A DNA stretch of 64,000 nucleotides, taken from Camelus dromedarius. Its lineage: Eukaryota. Positions 27,422-41,953 of this stretch are shown piece by piece. Each line of letters begins with the position of its first letter. Within the stretch, counting starts at the first letter, position 1. A program made the translations under genes and the position numbers. The notes below the pieces were generated by a model. It made no database searches. It was not told the DNA's origin and worked only from the letters and a program-made list of their open reading frames with translations. The DNA lies in NCBI RefSeq assembly GCF_036321535.1, contig NC_087437.1:60762001-60826000 (forward strand), given 5' to 3'.

Positions 27422-28068
27422 TCAAAGCAATTCTAATCAAAGTCCCAAATGAGGAAAATGACGTGCTATTATGTAGACAGGCCAACCCTGAAAGAGAATT
27501 TTTTTCAATGAAACTTACATATTTTATTTTAAAATAAATCATCTCTATTGGTCCATTTTTCTTACTGTAAGGCTCTTACAGATGGTCACCTAGGATCCCA
27601 TGTTTGTTCTTTGCATCAAAATACTCTTTAATACATTTGGCCTTGTTCCATTCATTAATCTAGCTATATGCGAAGTTTTTTTGAGAAACAAAATGAGAGC
27701 TGGGATTACAGGGAAGCTTTGTTCCCATTTTCTAAGGAAACAGGGAGCAGTACCTTGGGTGATACAGAAGTGAGCACAGATTTTTTTAGAGATGCCCTTG
27801 AAAGATGAACAAGTGGTTGCCAGGTAAAGAACAGAGTTAGTTTATTTTACCCTCTAGGCTCCTATGGGATTTTTTAACTTGCACATCTTGGTATACAAGT
27901 TAAAGGCTAATCCTCATACTGAGGTCAGCACTCTACCCAACACTATGCTTTGGCTAGGCTCTGCTAATTTCTGCTTCTTGCTTTTCACCGATGGGAATTT
28001 GCTCTTAAAATCATCTTCAAATTATTTGCCTTTAAAATTTTTTCCCCTGTGAACACACCATTCTGTAA

Positions 28069-28225
28069 TCTGTGCTAACCAATATGAGAGGGCCATACTA
28101 GCCATATATGGCTATTTAAATTTAAATGAAATAAAAACAAAATTGTTTCTTAGTCACACTAGCCATACTGGATACCACAGATACAGAACATATCTATCAC
28201 TGCAACAAGTTCAAACTGGACAGTT
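28069..28225 (-). mobile_element. MER3-type hAT MITE
   Basis: CTAGCCATATATGGCTATTTAAATTTAAAT...AGTCACACTAGCCA...CTGGACAG. Confidence 0.75.
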
Positions 28226-29351
28226 CTAAATCTTTCTATTCAACTGCTCACAGAGGACAAGTGGTTATTTTTAAGTCGCATATTTCTAAGTCAAATATTG
28301 TAACTGAAAGGTTTAAAAACTAAACTTATACTAGAGCTTTAATATTTTCTTAATTTTATGAAAAATAGGAAAGCAAACAGTTCACTTTTATACCAACTTG
28401 GTTAAAAGACTAAGTCAACACGAACTAGTCTGAATTTAGTAGCATATTTTTCTGAAAACAGGCCTAACATTATATATTCTAATCACTCATGAGCTGGTTG
28501 TTAATAATACACAGGAACTTTGTTTTCATTCTCTAGAATTACTTTCTAACTTTTAAAGTACAAATGTTAATAAATAGTGATATAAAGTCTTTCTCTTTCA
28601 TGAGAATCCTACAGTCTTTGCTATCTGGGGGGGGATTAATCCCCATTTCTCAGTGAGGGCAAGATTCAGTTTTCAATTTGTCTTCTCAGATTAAATCTGC
28701 TAGAACCCTGTTCCAAAGATGAGCATTCACATGACAATCTTTGAGCAAAGAGGAGAGAAAAGCACAATGGACTTCTAAGACACAACATTCAGTGTGATTA
28801 CAACAAAAAATCCCTTCTTCCTAATAGTCACTTAAAGAGCATGAAAGTGATGTCTAGTGATTGTCTATTTGAAAACTTCTTAAAGAAGTTACATAAATAA
28901 ATCTCACATAAACACCAAATATAGAAAGTTCCTCAAAATGTTAGTTTATATAATTTGGCATTATTATATCTCAAAGCCAATTTTATCCCCTGTAAACAAA
29001 GATACAAAAGCAGCAGCAAGCACCATCATAGAAAGCTTTTCTTCCCTACTATATCCACTACCTAGCCATATTTTATCAAGCACTTAACACTGGTTCTCTT
29101 TATGGGTAAGAGAGCTGAGTGCTTTCCCCTTCTTCATAGACTACAGACAAAAAATACTTGTCTATATTCTGATTTTTAGAAATGAGTATGTACTGTTCTT
29201 GCAATGAGGAAAAAACAATGTCACTTTCAACTTAAAAAAAACTCTACTCATGCTACAAGAGCTCTTTCAAATAGTACTTCTTCCTTAACTGTCACATGAT
29301 CTCTACTCCTCTGAACTCCAACAGCACTAATGCCACTCCCATGCTGATTAC

Positions 29352-29958
29352 TGATACAGTGTCTCTCAATTCCAAATTCATCCTTTTTGTCTACTCTGAA
29401 AATGATCTGGGATCTTTAGGTATTTTTCCATGGCCACCTGGCATGGTGTTGAGCTTTATCAGTAGAGGGCGCAGGAGAGATACTGCAGGAGAAAAGTTTT
29501 GCTTCCTGGATCTGGTGTGCTTGCTTATCAGGCTCCTATATGGCAAGGTGGCCAGTAGCATACCCAGCAGCCAGCAGCTTCCTCACGCTTCCTTCTTAGG
29601 AGGTTTGCAGTGCAGTTAACACCTCCCCATGAGCAGCTTCCCTAGCACCCTAGAGAGCAGATGTCCAGCACATTCCACCAACACAGCACCACTTCAGCTT
29701 CTCTGCCATTCGATGAGCCACAGCTATGCTCTCTCCAGCAAGGCTGAACCTCCTCCTTCTGGGGGGGAAGAGGGCTCTTCCCTAGGTGCTGTGCTAGGGG
29801 TAGCAGCTGCTCCTTATTTCTGTTATTCTTATGTTCTTTAGAATTCTATTTACTTATTACTAGCTAATCCCTCATTACTCCATTCTCCTGTTAGTTAATA
29901 ATTCTTTCCATGTTCAAATTACTGTGGCTTCTCTCTTGATTGGACCCAGAGTGATACA
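29352..29958 (+). mobile_element. Solo ERVL-class LTR (LTR41/LTR33/LTR52-like)
   Basis: TG...CA termini; 3' end TTCAAATTACTGTGGCTTCTCTCTTGATTGGACCCAGAGTGATACA typical of ancient ERVL LTRs; GC-richer than flanks. Confidence 0.7.
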
Positions 29959-30156
29959 GTCCTTTCATTAATTTGACACTTACACACTTCCTTGAATTTC
30001 AGCCAACTGACTTCTAACTTTTTTTCTTTCTACATGATTATAAATTCCTGGCTGCCAAGGAACACCTTTCATACTTCTCTGTACCAATCTGACATTGTGT
30101 AACACAACACTTTTTAATACAAAGGCACCAACAGATGTTTAAAATCACACTTCAGT

Positions 30157-30311
30157 GGGGAGGGTATAGCTCAGTGGCAGAGAGCATGCTTAGCATGCAC
30201 GAGGTCCTGGGTTCAATCCCCAGTCCCTCCATTAAAAACAAACAAACAAACAAACAAACAAACCTAATTGCTTTTCCCCAAAAATAAATAAAATAAAAAA
30301 TTGGAAAAAAA
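30157..30311 (+). mobile_element. tRNA-derived SINE (camelid Vic-1 type)
   Basis: GGGGAGGGTATAGCTCAGTGG (A box)...GGGTTCAATCCC (B box); (AAAC)n and A-rich tail; TSD core CACACTTCA on both sides. Confidence 0.88.
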
Positions 30312-31421
30312 CCCCACACACTTCAAATGATTCATAAATACTCTATACCCCTTCATTAGTTTAAGGCCTTTATAAAAAAAATGTTCTAATAACCCACTTT
30401 TTTCAAGAATTTTCACCACCAAAAGCATAAGTAATTCAGATAGTATAGGAATACATCCCTCAGTGTTCCTAGACTATAACGTTTTGTTCTGTGGACTTAA
30501 GAATTTTTAGACCTTGTAAGACATGAGATAATGAACTGCTCTTGCTCACAGACTGTTCATGGCTACAGGGTAATAAAAGGGCTGAGCATGACTAATGCTT
30601 ATTTTTATATAAATGTGAACAATAAGGTAAAAAATTACTCAGAATGAGGATGTTACAGCCAAGTGAGAAATTATTTACAAACAAGGTAATGATGTTGGGA
30701 TTTTAGGGGGTCATGGCTGGAAGTCTAAGAGGCTTTAAGGTAAGCTTCTCCTCAGCACTTCTGAACCTATAGCAGAAACCCCTTCAACAAGAACATCATC
30801 AGCACCAAGGGCATCTCTCATGAGGAAAACTAGGAGAGGGTGAGAAAGCTACCCTCATTGGCCCCAAACCCAACTTGCCTTGTTATCTTTTGCTATAACT
30901 GTCCCCTCCGGCTTATCCCAACAAAATGTAACTAGCTTGTATAAAATCTGTAATAAAGTGCTTGTTTACAAGCCTCAAAACCAGCTGTCTGTAGGATTAA
31001 TTCAACAGCAAATTAGAATTGGTAGCCATAGTCAGAAGTGAGAAAATACAAGAACCAAGCAATTGCTTTGAGTTTAAAAATGGGAAAAGTTGAACTACTT
31101 TTCAAATGCCTTTTAGTCATTTAAAGCAATGCCCCAGGAAGAGTGTTATGTGGGCTGGCTATTTATTACTGTTACTCAATGAAATACAAAAATTGAGAAT
31201 AAGTGGTTAGAAACTTTTAGAGCAATCTGACAGAATAATTTGCTATTGACTCTAAAAACAACAACAACAAATGGGACTTACATTTACATTTTACATGTCT
31301 GGCTTTCCTTTCATTTCCATTTTATGATATTTTACAATTAGTCCATTACAGAAAGTTCCTAAGAAGCACTGATCTAAGGCACTCAATTCTGAACATAAAA
31401 TGTTTTCCCAAAGGATTTGAA

Positions 31422-32240
31422 AATACACAAATGGGCAATAAGCACATGAAAAGATACTCAACATCATTAGTGACCAGAGAAATGCAAATTAAAACCACAT
31501 GAAATAACATTTCACACCCATTAGGGTGGCTATACTCAAAAGACAGAAAATTGCAAGTGTTAGTGAGGAAGTAGAGAAACTGGAATCCCCATACACTGCT
31601 GGCAGGATTGCAAAATGGTGCAGCTGCTTTGCAAAACAGTCTGGTGGCTCCTCAAAAGGTCAAACATAGAGTTACTATATGACTCAGCAATTCTACTCCT
31701 ATGTATAAACTCAAAATAAGTGAAAATATGTCCCCACAGAAACCTATATACAAACGTTCACAGAAGCACTATTCATAGAAGTCAAAAAGTGAAAGCAACC
31801 CAGATTTCCATTAACTCATGAATGGACAAATAAAATGTGGTTTATCCATAAAATGGAATGTTATTCAGTCATAAAAAGATATGAAGTACTCAAACATGCT
31901 ACAATATGGATGAACCTTGAAAACCTTGTGCTAAATGAAAGAAACCAATCACAAAAGACCATGTGTATTATGTGTATTATATAAATCTGCTTATATGTAC
32001 AGAATAGACTAATTTATAGACAGAAAATAGATTAGCTGCCTGAGGCAAGAGGGTACAGTTTAGGGTAAAATGAGTGACTGTTACTGGATGCAAGATTTCT
32101 CCATACAGTAATGCAAATATTCTGGAATTAGATAGTGGTGATGGTTGTACAACCTGTGAATACAATAAAAAAACAATGACAAAACCCCACTTAACTGTAG
32201 ATCTTTTAAAGGGTAGGTTTTATCATATATGAATTATATC
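31422..32240 (+). mobile_element. L1MB-type ORF2 end and 3'UTR
   Basis: ATACACAAATGGGCAATAAGCACATGAAAAGATACTCAACATC...TGAATTATATCT. Confidence 0.88.
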
Positions 32241-32789
32241 TTTTTTTTTTTTTTAATTTAAGGGAAAAGGAAGAAACCATGATGGGGCAGATGGAGATGG
32301 AGAAGGCAAGAGGGACAGATGGAAATAGGAACAGGCAAAGATGGAGGGGTTTGCCTCTAGTGAAGAAGATACTCTAAAGACTAGGTGGCAGTCTCCTAGA
32401 GTATTTCAAAGAGAACAGCTCTAAAAAATGATCTGAAGAACACACACATCACTGGAATAATCACACCGTCTTTCAACAGGACTACTTTGAAGTTGACAAA
32501 ACTATTTAAAGTTACATTTTTTGCCGTATTCAGGAAAATAATCACTTTCAAACTTCACAGCCATGTCTCCTACATTCTATACTGCTGTTCTTCAAATTTA
32601 GAGAAAAAAAAAAGGCTGACAGTTTAAAAAAAAAATAAACTGCTGTCTGAATTTACTCTGCTAGTAAAGTTTTTATCTAGAAAGAAGTAAAAATGTTAGG
32701 TTTTCCATTTTTAAGAAATTAGCAGTCTTGGAGGAAAGCGATTTTTGAAAATCATTTGCTTCAAGCTTTCACACCTCTATCATAACCTA

Positions 32790-33535
32790 ATTCTGAAAAC
32801 TATCCATGCTTCCCAAAACAGTTTCCTCAATTTCTATGTGGCTGTAGCTTATAACTTAACCATTGTTATTTACTGTCCTAAATCCATTCTCAGTCCTTCC
32901 AGTCTATTCTTCACACCACAGAGAGCAACTTTAAAATATATTAAACTTTTATCACTTCAGTTCCCTACTTAAAGCCTTTAAGTAGAGTATTTACGATGAA
33001 GCCCCATCCCATAGTCCATGCGTGATCAGACTCCTACTTTACCAGACTCATCTCTCTGTAGACTTTCCCTATAAAGCCTTTAAGTTTTGTCACTATTAGC
33101 CATCTCAGGCCTTCACACATGACCTTTCTGGAAGATTTTCTGTTCAGTGATCAATCATTCAGTTTTCCTGAAACTGAGAGAGTTATCCTGGGACACAAGA
33201 CTTTCAGTGCTAAACCCAGGAAAGTCCTGGGCAAACTGGGATTGAGTCAGCCACCCTACTTTCTGTCCACCACCTCCACCTGTCAAACACCTACTTCAAG
33301 TATTCAGGAAACCTCTGATGCCTCCTCACTGCCATCCGATACACATTAGTTTATTCTGTCTTAACATTCATCACACTGGATTTGCTTTTTAAATATCTGT
33401 CTACCCTAACTACATTATAAACTCCAGAAGCATGAATCCAGTGAGTATTCTGTTGACCATTATATCACTAATGCAGAGCACTGTGTCTAGTTCATGTGTC
33501 TTGGAGATAAGTACTTGTTGAATGAATAAATCAAT
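32790..33535 (+). mobile_element. L2 3' end with a small nested DNA-transposon fragment (~33110-33255)
   Basis: Ends ATAAGTACTTGTTGAATGAATAAATCAAT, the L2 terminal motif. Confidence 0.65.
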
Positions 33536-34800
33536 CAAAGAAAGGTGTGTCCGTGATGGCATCAGAGTCAAGAAAAGTTTTGTTTTGTTTTGTTTTTCTC
33601 TTTTAGGCTAGGGGAGACCCAGGAAAATTTGAAGACACTTTCACCATACTATCTTCTTTAAGGTCACCACTCCACAAAGCTAAGGCAATTAAATGCTCCA
33701 TTTATCCTGATCCTTACAACTGATAAAACTTATCCAAGAACCTCACTTTAACCACCACATATTCAGGATAAAGTCAGCAAGACATTAATATTTAATCCCT
33801 ATCACAAGCACTTCTCAATTTACAACAATTTCCTACCCAGAAGATGGGAGTCTAGGCAGTGGGAACTATACGAATGATCTGGTTCAGAAGACAGAAGACA
33901 GAAGGAGACAAAAGGACATACAGCAGCAAGTAGTGGGAAATAAGACTGTTGAGTGGGCCAGAAAGTGGCAGGGGCTGGGCAATGGGGAGAACCTGGAAAT
34001 TTGAGAGGTCTGGTTATGTTTTTTTTATTCTCATAATAAAAGTAGTACAAGGTCATTACAAAGAAATCCAAACCAGGATAAAAGCTTAAGAAAAACAGAA
34101 TATTCACAATCACACTTCCCAGAAAGACCTGTTTTTTATATTTTAATCTAGAAGCAAGGAAATGACATGGCTGAAGGGGGGGAAAAAAAGGAAAACTCTT
34201 AGTAAGTCTTTTCTAGGTCATTTAAGTATTTATTTTGTGTCTACAATATGTCAGATGCTAGAGATCAAAAACTAAGATTTAGTCTCAGTTTTGAGCTCAC
34301 CATCAGTGGAAAAAAAGTAACTAATAACTACTGTGCAATGAGATAAGAGCTGATACAGATGAGTGGAATGCAATAGAAAAGAGGCTCCTACTTATATGAG
34401 AGTAATCAGGCAAAGAAATCAGAACTGGCTTTTGAAGGACGAGAATCTGCCAAGCAAAAAGAGAAGGTCTCCATAAACAGAGGAAGCAGTATGTTAAAGA
34501 AACTTTGTAATTTAAATGTGATTCCTTTTTTTTTTTTTACTTCCCCTTAGCCTTCACCCAATCACTACACTAAAAAAGTGAAACTATGACTAAGTATGAA
34601 AGAAGTAAAGAGGTGAGACAGAAAATGCTTCAAAATTGCCTATAAGGTAGTGAATGGGGAAGTAACAATAACAAATTAAAAATATAAAAAAGTAGTTAAG
34701 AAGAAGGCTACTCAACAGTATGAAGTCAAGCTTTTCTCAAGTTTGGCCAAAAACTCCAAACAGCAATTCAAAATGAAAAAGAGGGGAGGGGGAACAAACA

Positions 34801-35265
34801 CAGATCTTTCTTGACTTAAGATGGGGTTACATACCCATAAATCCATTGTACGTTAAAAATATTCTTGAATTGAAATGCATTTAATACACATAAACCTATC
34901 AAAGAACATCATAGCTTAGCCTAGCATACCTTAAACATGCTCAAAACACATTTGCTGACAGTTGGGCAAAATCATCTAACACAAAGCCTATCTTCTAATA
35001 AAGCACTGAATATCTCATGTAATTTACTGAATACTGTACTTAAAGTGAAAAACAGAATAGTTGTTAAGTGTATTGGTTATACCCTTGTGATCGTGTGGCT
35101 TGACTGGGAGCTGCAGCTTGCTACCTGTGTCCAGCACCACCAGACTATGGAACCCTGTATAGCTAGTCCAGGAAAAGGTCAAAATTCAAAGTATGGTTTC
35201 TACTAAATGCATATCACTTTTGCACCCTAGTAAAGTCAAAAAAAATCATAAGTAGGGGGACTGTA
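34801..35265. mobile_element. Tigger5/MER47-type TcMar MITE
   Basis: CAGAT...GACTTAAGATGGGGTTAC...CATCATAGCTTAGCCTAG...GTTGGGCAAAATCATCTAACACAAAGCCTA...AAGTAGGGGGACTG. Confidence 0.8.
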
Positions 35266-37619
35266 CGTATATGAAAACTGTTCAACTAGACATCAAAAAG
35301 ATGCAAACTGAAACAAGGCACCATCTTCCTACAATCAAAGTGTAATCAACCTAAGGCTTTACAATGAAAAATGAAGGTCAACTGCAGACTGATTACTTGA
35401 TTCCTTAGGTGGTGACATAGGTTAAACAAAAACTGGAACCCGTTTATTCTAGTAAAAAATAGTATCAAATCAGAAGTCACCATGTAATCTATCCCAAATT
35501 TCCATGAAGACAATTTTATCAAATCTCTGAAGGCTTTCCATTAGCTACAAGGTCACTCAAGAGAAAAGATTCCCACCATTCTTATCTGCTTCATACAAGA
35601 AAGTTCAACCATCTACCTAAAAGAAGATACAAAGATAGCTTGTCCCTCTCTGCTAGCCATCCTTTTATTTGGAGACCCAAAGTCCGCCTCAAAGAAACAA
35701 GCTAGTCAGTTATCCTCGGTAACTGATTTCTTGCTATATAGAGGCAGATCTGTGGCAGCTAGAGCTCCTTATCTTCTTTTCTGCTCTTTGTACATACAGA
35801 CTACCCTCTTGGTACATAGAAGACTACCATGTAAGTTCCAGAGAACAAGCAAGTGTCTTTCCATATGCCTGTGCATACATAAGATGCAGGTGAAGCTGTG
35901 AAAGGGCAGCAAAACCTGGACTGGCACGTGACTTCCTGGGAGGTGTAGTCATACAAGCCAACTGCTGTGTTGTGGGTACAAGGTTAGAATCAGGAAGTGC
36001 CCTAACAGCAGCACATGCTAGAAACCAGGGTAGGGTAAGATCCCATCATCCTAGTCTAGAACTGTCTTTTTAGATGAATGCCAATTAATCACTGGAACTC
36101 AGGCTAGGAGCTGGGTATTTAGAAGAAAAGGTTTCAACCAGAATCCCAATCAACTGTAGAGGCAAGGGCAATCAATCCCAGAAACGTTCCTCACAAATGC
36201 ATATTAGATAACAGATAACAGTTACCATTTAAAGATGAATAAGCAGAAAAAAATCAAACATAGATCCCAACAAAAAAATAATGCAGCATAGGGAAGAGAG
36301 AAAATTACCTTCACATGGAAGCAAAGTCTAACTTCGAAGGTGAATTGCTTCAAGAACACAGAATTAACTTCCAAACACTGTTTGGCAAGCTCCATAAAAC
36401 AGGCATACATGGAGAGAAAAGACCAAGATGAAATGAGAGTAATTTAAGAAGAAAAGGGAGTGAAGTAAAAAAAAAAATTTCTTTTTACTGTTTTTGTTTT
36501 TTAATAGATAAAGTCAACCTGTTTACATTTGTTGTTATACACGTATCAAGCTTTCTTCTGGTTATTTAATGCTTTATGGTTATTATGCTTTCTTGGTTCC
36601 TTTCTTTACATTTGGTGAACTGATGATTTTTCTTGTTTCTTTTTTTCCTTTCATAAAATGGAAACTGCCATATATTTATATCCTACTAGTAGCTACTTTT
36701 ACTTTTCTTGACAATATTGTCAATAATTTTTAACATTTTAAAATTATTTTGATATACTGATTAAAAATACTGGGAAAAAAATAATGAGGTAGAAAGAAAG
36801 ATAATAAACTCTATACCTCAGGGTTGACACTTTTTCTGGAGTTCACAGCCAGTAGGATGCAAAACATACAAATTTCTAGGAAATTGGTTTCTTTCTATCT
36901 CTGGTCTCTTTACTAGTTTCCTAGGCGTGGAGTAAATTTTTAAAGGATGCAAAGACACTAAAATTTCAATGGCAGAAGTAAAGCCTACACTGAAGGTGAT
37001 AAAGGAAAATCAAATGAGCGATAAGGACAAACATTTGAGAAGCTCATACAAAAGACAGAAATCATAAGCCAATCTAATTATTACAAGCATTCTGTAGGAA
37101 GAAAACAACTAAAAATAAACAAAAATATTTTTGGAAATGAAAAAAACCCCAAGTGTGAAGATCATAAGGAGTCAGTGTACCAGGCAACATTAATTAACAT
37201 GGACAAGACACAGTCTGTCAAAATATTTCAAGAAAAGGGAAAACTCCTACCACCATCAGGCACAGGATGCTCCGAAACAAAATGACTGCTACAAGATGAC
37301 ACAATATATCTACAGAATTTCTGAGACTATTAGTGACCTAATAATTATTAAATACGCCTTCTAGTTACTCCTACTAAATATATTAGCTGAAAATGTATGT
37401 TAGCTGACACACGTGATTAATCAATTTAAATGTAAGATTGAGAAAATGACAAGGACTAAAGTGAGGATGAGTTAAGAGAATAAGCCAGTCTTCAAACATA
37501 GGGGAAGTCAAAGTATGATTGTCTTTTTTAACTGACAAATCAGAAATTTTTTTTAAATTTTAGATTTACAGTTAAACACATTTAAATTATAGATAAGTGA
37601 GCTTTAAAACAGAAAACAG

Positions 37620-38275
37620 ACAGATAGAGGATAAACAAAATGTGTATAGTATGGAATATTACTCAGCCTTAAAAAAGGAATTAAGTACTAATACATGCTA
37701 TAACATGGACAAACCTTGAAAACATGCTACATGAAATAAGCCAGACACAAAAGGACAAGATACTGCATGATTCCACTTATATTAATCATCTAGAATAGGC
37801 AAAATAGAGAAAAGTAGATTAGAGACAGTCACTACGCTTTGTGAGTAGGGAGGAATAGGGAGTTAGTGTTTAATGAGTGCAGAGGTTCAGCTGAGGAAGA
37901 TGAAAAATTCTAGAGATGGGTGGTGATGATGGTTGTACAACAATGTAAATGTACCTAATGGTAAAGAACTGTATGCAGCTGACACTGAACAGCTTAGGGG
38001 TTAGGGATGCAACCCTTCACACAGTAAAAAATCTGAGTATAATTTATAGTCTGGCCCTCTGTATAGATGGTTCCTCCAAGTCCAAAGTTCCTCTGTATGT
38101 ATGGCTCTGCATCCCAGAATTCAATCAACCTCAAGTAGTGTAGTACTATAGTATTTACTATTGAAAAAACCCACATATAAGTGGACCTGTGCAGTTCAAA
38201 CCTGGGTTGTTCAAAGGTCAACTCTATTTAAAAATGGTTAAGATGGTAACTTTACATTATGTATATCTTACAAAA
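37620..38275 (+). mobile_element. L1MB-type 3' end interrupted by a Tigger2 MITE
   Basis: GGATAAACAAAATGTG...AAAATGGTTAAGATGGTAAC...TTATGTATAT. Confidence 0.82.
37976..38224. mobile_element. Tigger2-family MITE (MER8/Tigger2a-like)
   Basis: TIRs CAGCTGACACTGAACAGC / GTTGTTCAAAGGTCAACTC followed by TA. Confidence 0.82.
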
Positions 38276-38639
38276 ATGTAAAAATAGTAGCAATAAATCA
38301 TTAAAAACCCAAAAGCATTAAATAAAATGACAGAAACATTCCCAACAAAATTAATTATGACAATACACATAAATGTTTTCAGTATTCATTTTGGATTAAA
38401 ACAAAAATAAGCTATATGTAATTTAAGAGACAACGAAAAATGGTATGTAAAGACAAAGTTGGATAAAATTTACTGAACAAAGTATAGTACAGATATAAAT
38501 CTAAGGTAAGTAAAATGTAAGACTCAAGATTAAATATGACAATTATTTTTATTGATTAGGTATAATGTAGATCTTTAGCAGTACAGAATTTACACATGCA
38601 TCCATAATATTGCAGCAAAAACATGATAAAAATAATTAG

Positions 38640-39850
38640 AGTGGAGAGAACAAGAAGACAAGCCACAGGGTGAGAGAAATATTTGCAAAAGAGGTATCTA
38701 ATATAAAGATACAAAATATACAAAGAACTCTTAAAACTCAACAATAGGAAAATAAAGAACCCAATTGAAAAATAAGAGGGGAGGTGGGTATAGTTTGATG
38801 GTAGAGCTCATGCTTAGCATGCATGAGGATCCTGGGTGCAGTACCTAGCCTCCATTAAAAAAAAATAATGAGCATAAGATTTGAAGAGATACCTCACCAA
38901 AGATGATATACAGATGGCAAAGAGAAATGAGATTCTTAGCATCATACTTCATTGGGGAACTGCAAATCAAAACAATGAGATACCACTACACTCCTACCAG
39001 AATGGCTAAAATCCAAAACACTAACAACATCAAATGTTGATGAGGATTTGAGTGACTCTCATTCATTGCTGTTGGGAAAGCAAAATGGTTCAACCACTTT
39101 GAAAGAGAGTTTTAGCAGATTCTTACAAAACTAAATATATTCTTAGCATAAATTCCCAGCAACCATATTTTTTGCTATTTACTCAAATCAGCTGAAAACT
39201 TATGTCCATACAAAACCCAAACATGGATATTTATAGAAGCTTTATTCGTAAGTGTCAAACGTGGACGCAACCAAGATGTCCTGCAGAGGGTAAATGGTGT
39301 ATCCCAACAACAGAATATTATTCAGCACAAAAAAGCAATGAGATATCAAGCCATGAAAAGATAAGAAGGAAACTCAAATACATATTCCTAAGTGAAAGAA
39401 GTCAAGTTTAAAAGATTACATACTGTATAATCCCAACTATATGGCATTCTGGAAAAGACAAGACTATGGAGACAGTTGAAGTACCAGCGGTTGGTTGCCA
39501 GGCATTAGGGAGAAGGGAGGGATGAATAAGTGGAGCACAGGGAATTTTGGGGCTGAGAAACTATTGTGTACAATACTGTGATGGTGGATACATGTCACTA
39601 TCCACCATTTGTCCACACCCATACGGTGTATAATATCAAGAGTGAGCCCTAATGTAAACCATGGACTTTGATAATGATGTGTCAGTGTTGGTTCATCAAT
39701 CACAACAAATGTACCACACACCACAGAAAGTTGACCGTAGGGGAAGGTGGGGGAGGAGTGAAATCAGGGTATATCAGAATTCTGTACTTTTTGCTCAATT
39801 TTGCTGTGAATCTAAAATAGTACAAAATAAAGTCTATTAATTAAAGAAAA
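38640..39850 (+). mobile_element. L1MB/MC-type ORF2 end and 3'UTR
   Basis: AGAAGACAAGCCACAGGGTGAGAGAAATATTTGCAAA...AATTTTGCTGTGAATCTAAAA...AATAAAGTCTATTAA. Confidence 0.88.
38778..38864 (+). mobile_element. Degenerate tRNA-derived SINE (Vic-1 type) inserted in the L1
   Basis: GGGTATAGTTTGATGGTAGAGCTCATGCTTAGCATGCATGAGG...CTCCATTAAAAAAAA, homologous to the 30157 copy. Confidence 0.82.
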
Positions 39851-41803
39851 ATAAAAATCATTAGAAATTAAAAAAGACACTCTACTCAGCAAACACGTAC
39901 TTACTGCATACCTACTTGTTCTAAGTTCTGAACAGAATAATAGCAAAGAAATAAAGTAACTAGTAAACAAAAAAAATAATTTCAGACAGAAGTGCTATAA
40001 AGAAAAACACAGAAGTGAGATAGTGAGTGGGGTTAGGTGGAGGCTATTTTAGATGACTGATCAGGAAAGGCCTCTTTAAAACAGTGAAATACGAAAGGAA
40101 GACAGGATTCAGGCAGAAGAAACAAAAATGTAAAGTCCCCAGTGTAAGAACAAGCTTCTCAGTAACAATGCTACCTCTCAGTCTTTGACAGGTTAAGATT
40201 AAAAAATTAATAGGAACTAAATCTTATAGTTAATAAAAACTATTCATAAGGAATAATAAATCAAATAAAATATTTGAATAAAGTTTAATTAACAGACATA
40301 CATGTGTATATAAAACTGTACATGCAAACAATATTCTTTTTAAGTTTTCACAGAACATTTAGCTAATTGGATTATGCTTTAAGTCACAAAGAAACTCAAT
40401 AAATTTAAAAGATATTTTAAAAGACCACAGTCACTAACAATGAAAGAAAATTGAGTGAATAGAACTATACTAAGCTTCTAAGTCAAAGAGGTAATCAAAC
40501 TAGAAGTACCAACTATTTGGAAAGCAATAACTATAAGAATATCATTCATATAAATTTTAGAGTGCAGCCAAAGCTGTACTCAGAGGCAAATTAAGGCCAC
40601 TGAGTGTTTTCATTTTTTAAAAAAGGGTGGGGAACAAAGAATTTACTAAGTTAAGAAAAGTATAACAAAAAAGGAGAAGAAAAGAAAGAAAAAAATTAAG
40701 AGAAAAGTAGAAATTAGGAAAACAGAAAACCAACAAAATAAATCTCAAAGCTGCTTATTGAAAACCACTAAGTAGGCAAACATAAACAGTTGGCAAATCA
40801 AATCAAGAAAAATAATGAAATCACTAATAAAAGATGGAATGAACACAACAGGTTTTAATTATAAAAAAAAATCACATGTTAGCTGTGACTATGTGAGAGA
40901 AAGTAGAAATCCCAGCTTCTCCTATCTATTCATTTTGGTTTTTCTTTTCTTGGGACTAAGTTGGCATGGTGAAGAAGAAAAGCCACTGGAAAATGCTGGT
41001 ATAGCCAGGGCATATTTGCTAATAGGGACAATTCCTTTGGACCTCAGAAATGGAGGAAAACCATAAGCTGTATATGAATAAAGTGATTATAAAGTGATTT
41101 GCTTTAAAAAAATCATATACACCAGTATAATAATAAATTTGAAAATTTTAAAAAACAGAATCTGGGAAATATAAATTTATCAAAACTGACTCATGAGTAA
41201 GTAAGGACTTCTCAACAGACTACAGAAGGAACTAGAGAAGTTACTATACAGAGTACATACTCTTATTAAATTTCTATGAGATTCTCTTTTATCCTTTCAA
41301 TAAATCCTGTACACTTAACTAACACGAGTGAGGTTTTGGTTCCTCGTAATATATGTCTTAGGGTACCTTTGGGTTATCAGCAATAATTTATTTATATACT
41401 CTTATCAGTAGTTAAAAGAAGAAAAACCCTATCACCACCTAAATAAGTGTTACAAAAACATCTGATAAAATTCAGAAGTCATTCCTTTTTTTAATTAAAA
41501 AAAAGAATAAAATAATAAAGAATTTCTCTCTTAAACTAAAAGCTGAATTCATCTTTAATTGTAAAAATACCAGAGACATTCCAAGACAATTATCACTTCT
41601 CTTATTTAACTGTCTCTGAGATTCTTACCAATGTGATAAAGACCTAAAATAGAAAACAAATATTATAACTATTGGTAAGGAAGTAAAAGTTACTATTATT
41701 TTCAGATAAGAAGATGAACCTGGACAACAAAAGTAAATAAAATTTTACTGAAGTGCAGTAAGACAATAAAAATAATAGTGAACACAAAAATCTGGTTACT
41801 TCT

Positions 41804-41953
41804 AGAGACACAAACTATTGGGTGTAAAATAAGCCCAAGGACGTACTGTACAACATGAGGAATATAGCTAATATTTTGTAATAACTGTAAATGGAAAGTA
41901 ACTTTTAAAATTGTATAAAAAGTTTAGAAGGGGAGAAAAGTGAACTTACTAAA
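41804..41953 (+). mobile_element. L1 3' tip with an extra 29-nt segment before the TSD
   Basis: AAGGACGTACTGTACAACATGAGGAATATAGC...; TSD AAAAA(T)TCT(G/A)GTTACTTCT at 41786-41803 and 41954-41972. Confidence 0.75.

Noticed and set aside
30157..30230. tRNA-like sequence with A and B boxes
   Set aside because: Followed by an A-rich tail, flanked by a TSD, with a second decayed copy at 38778: a SINE, not a tRNA gene.
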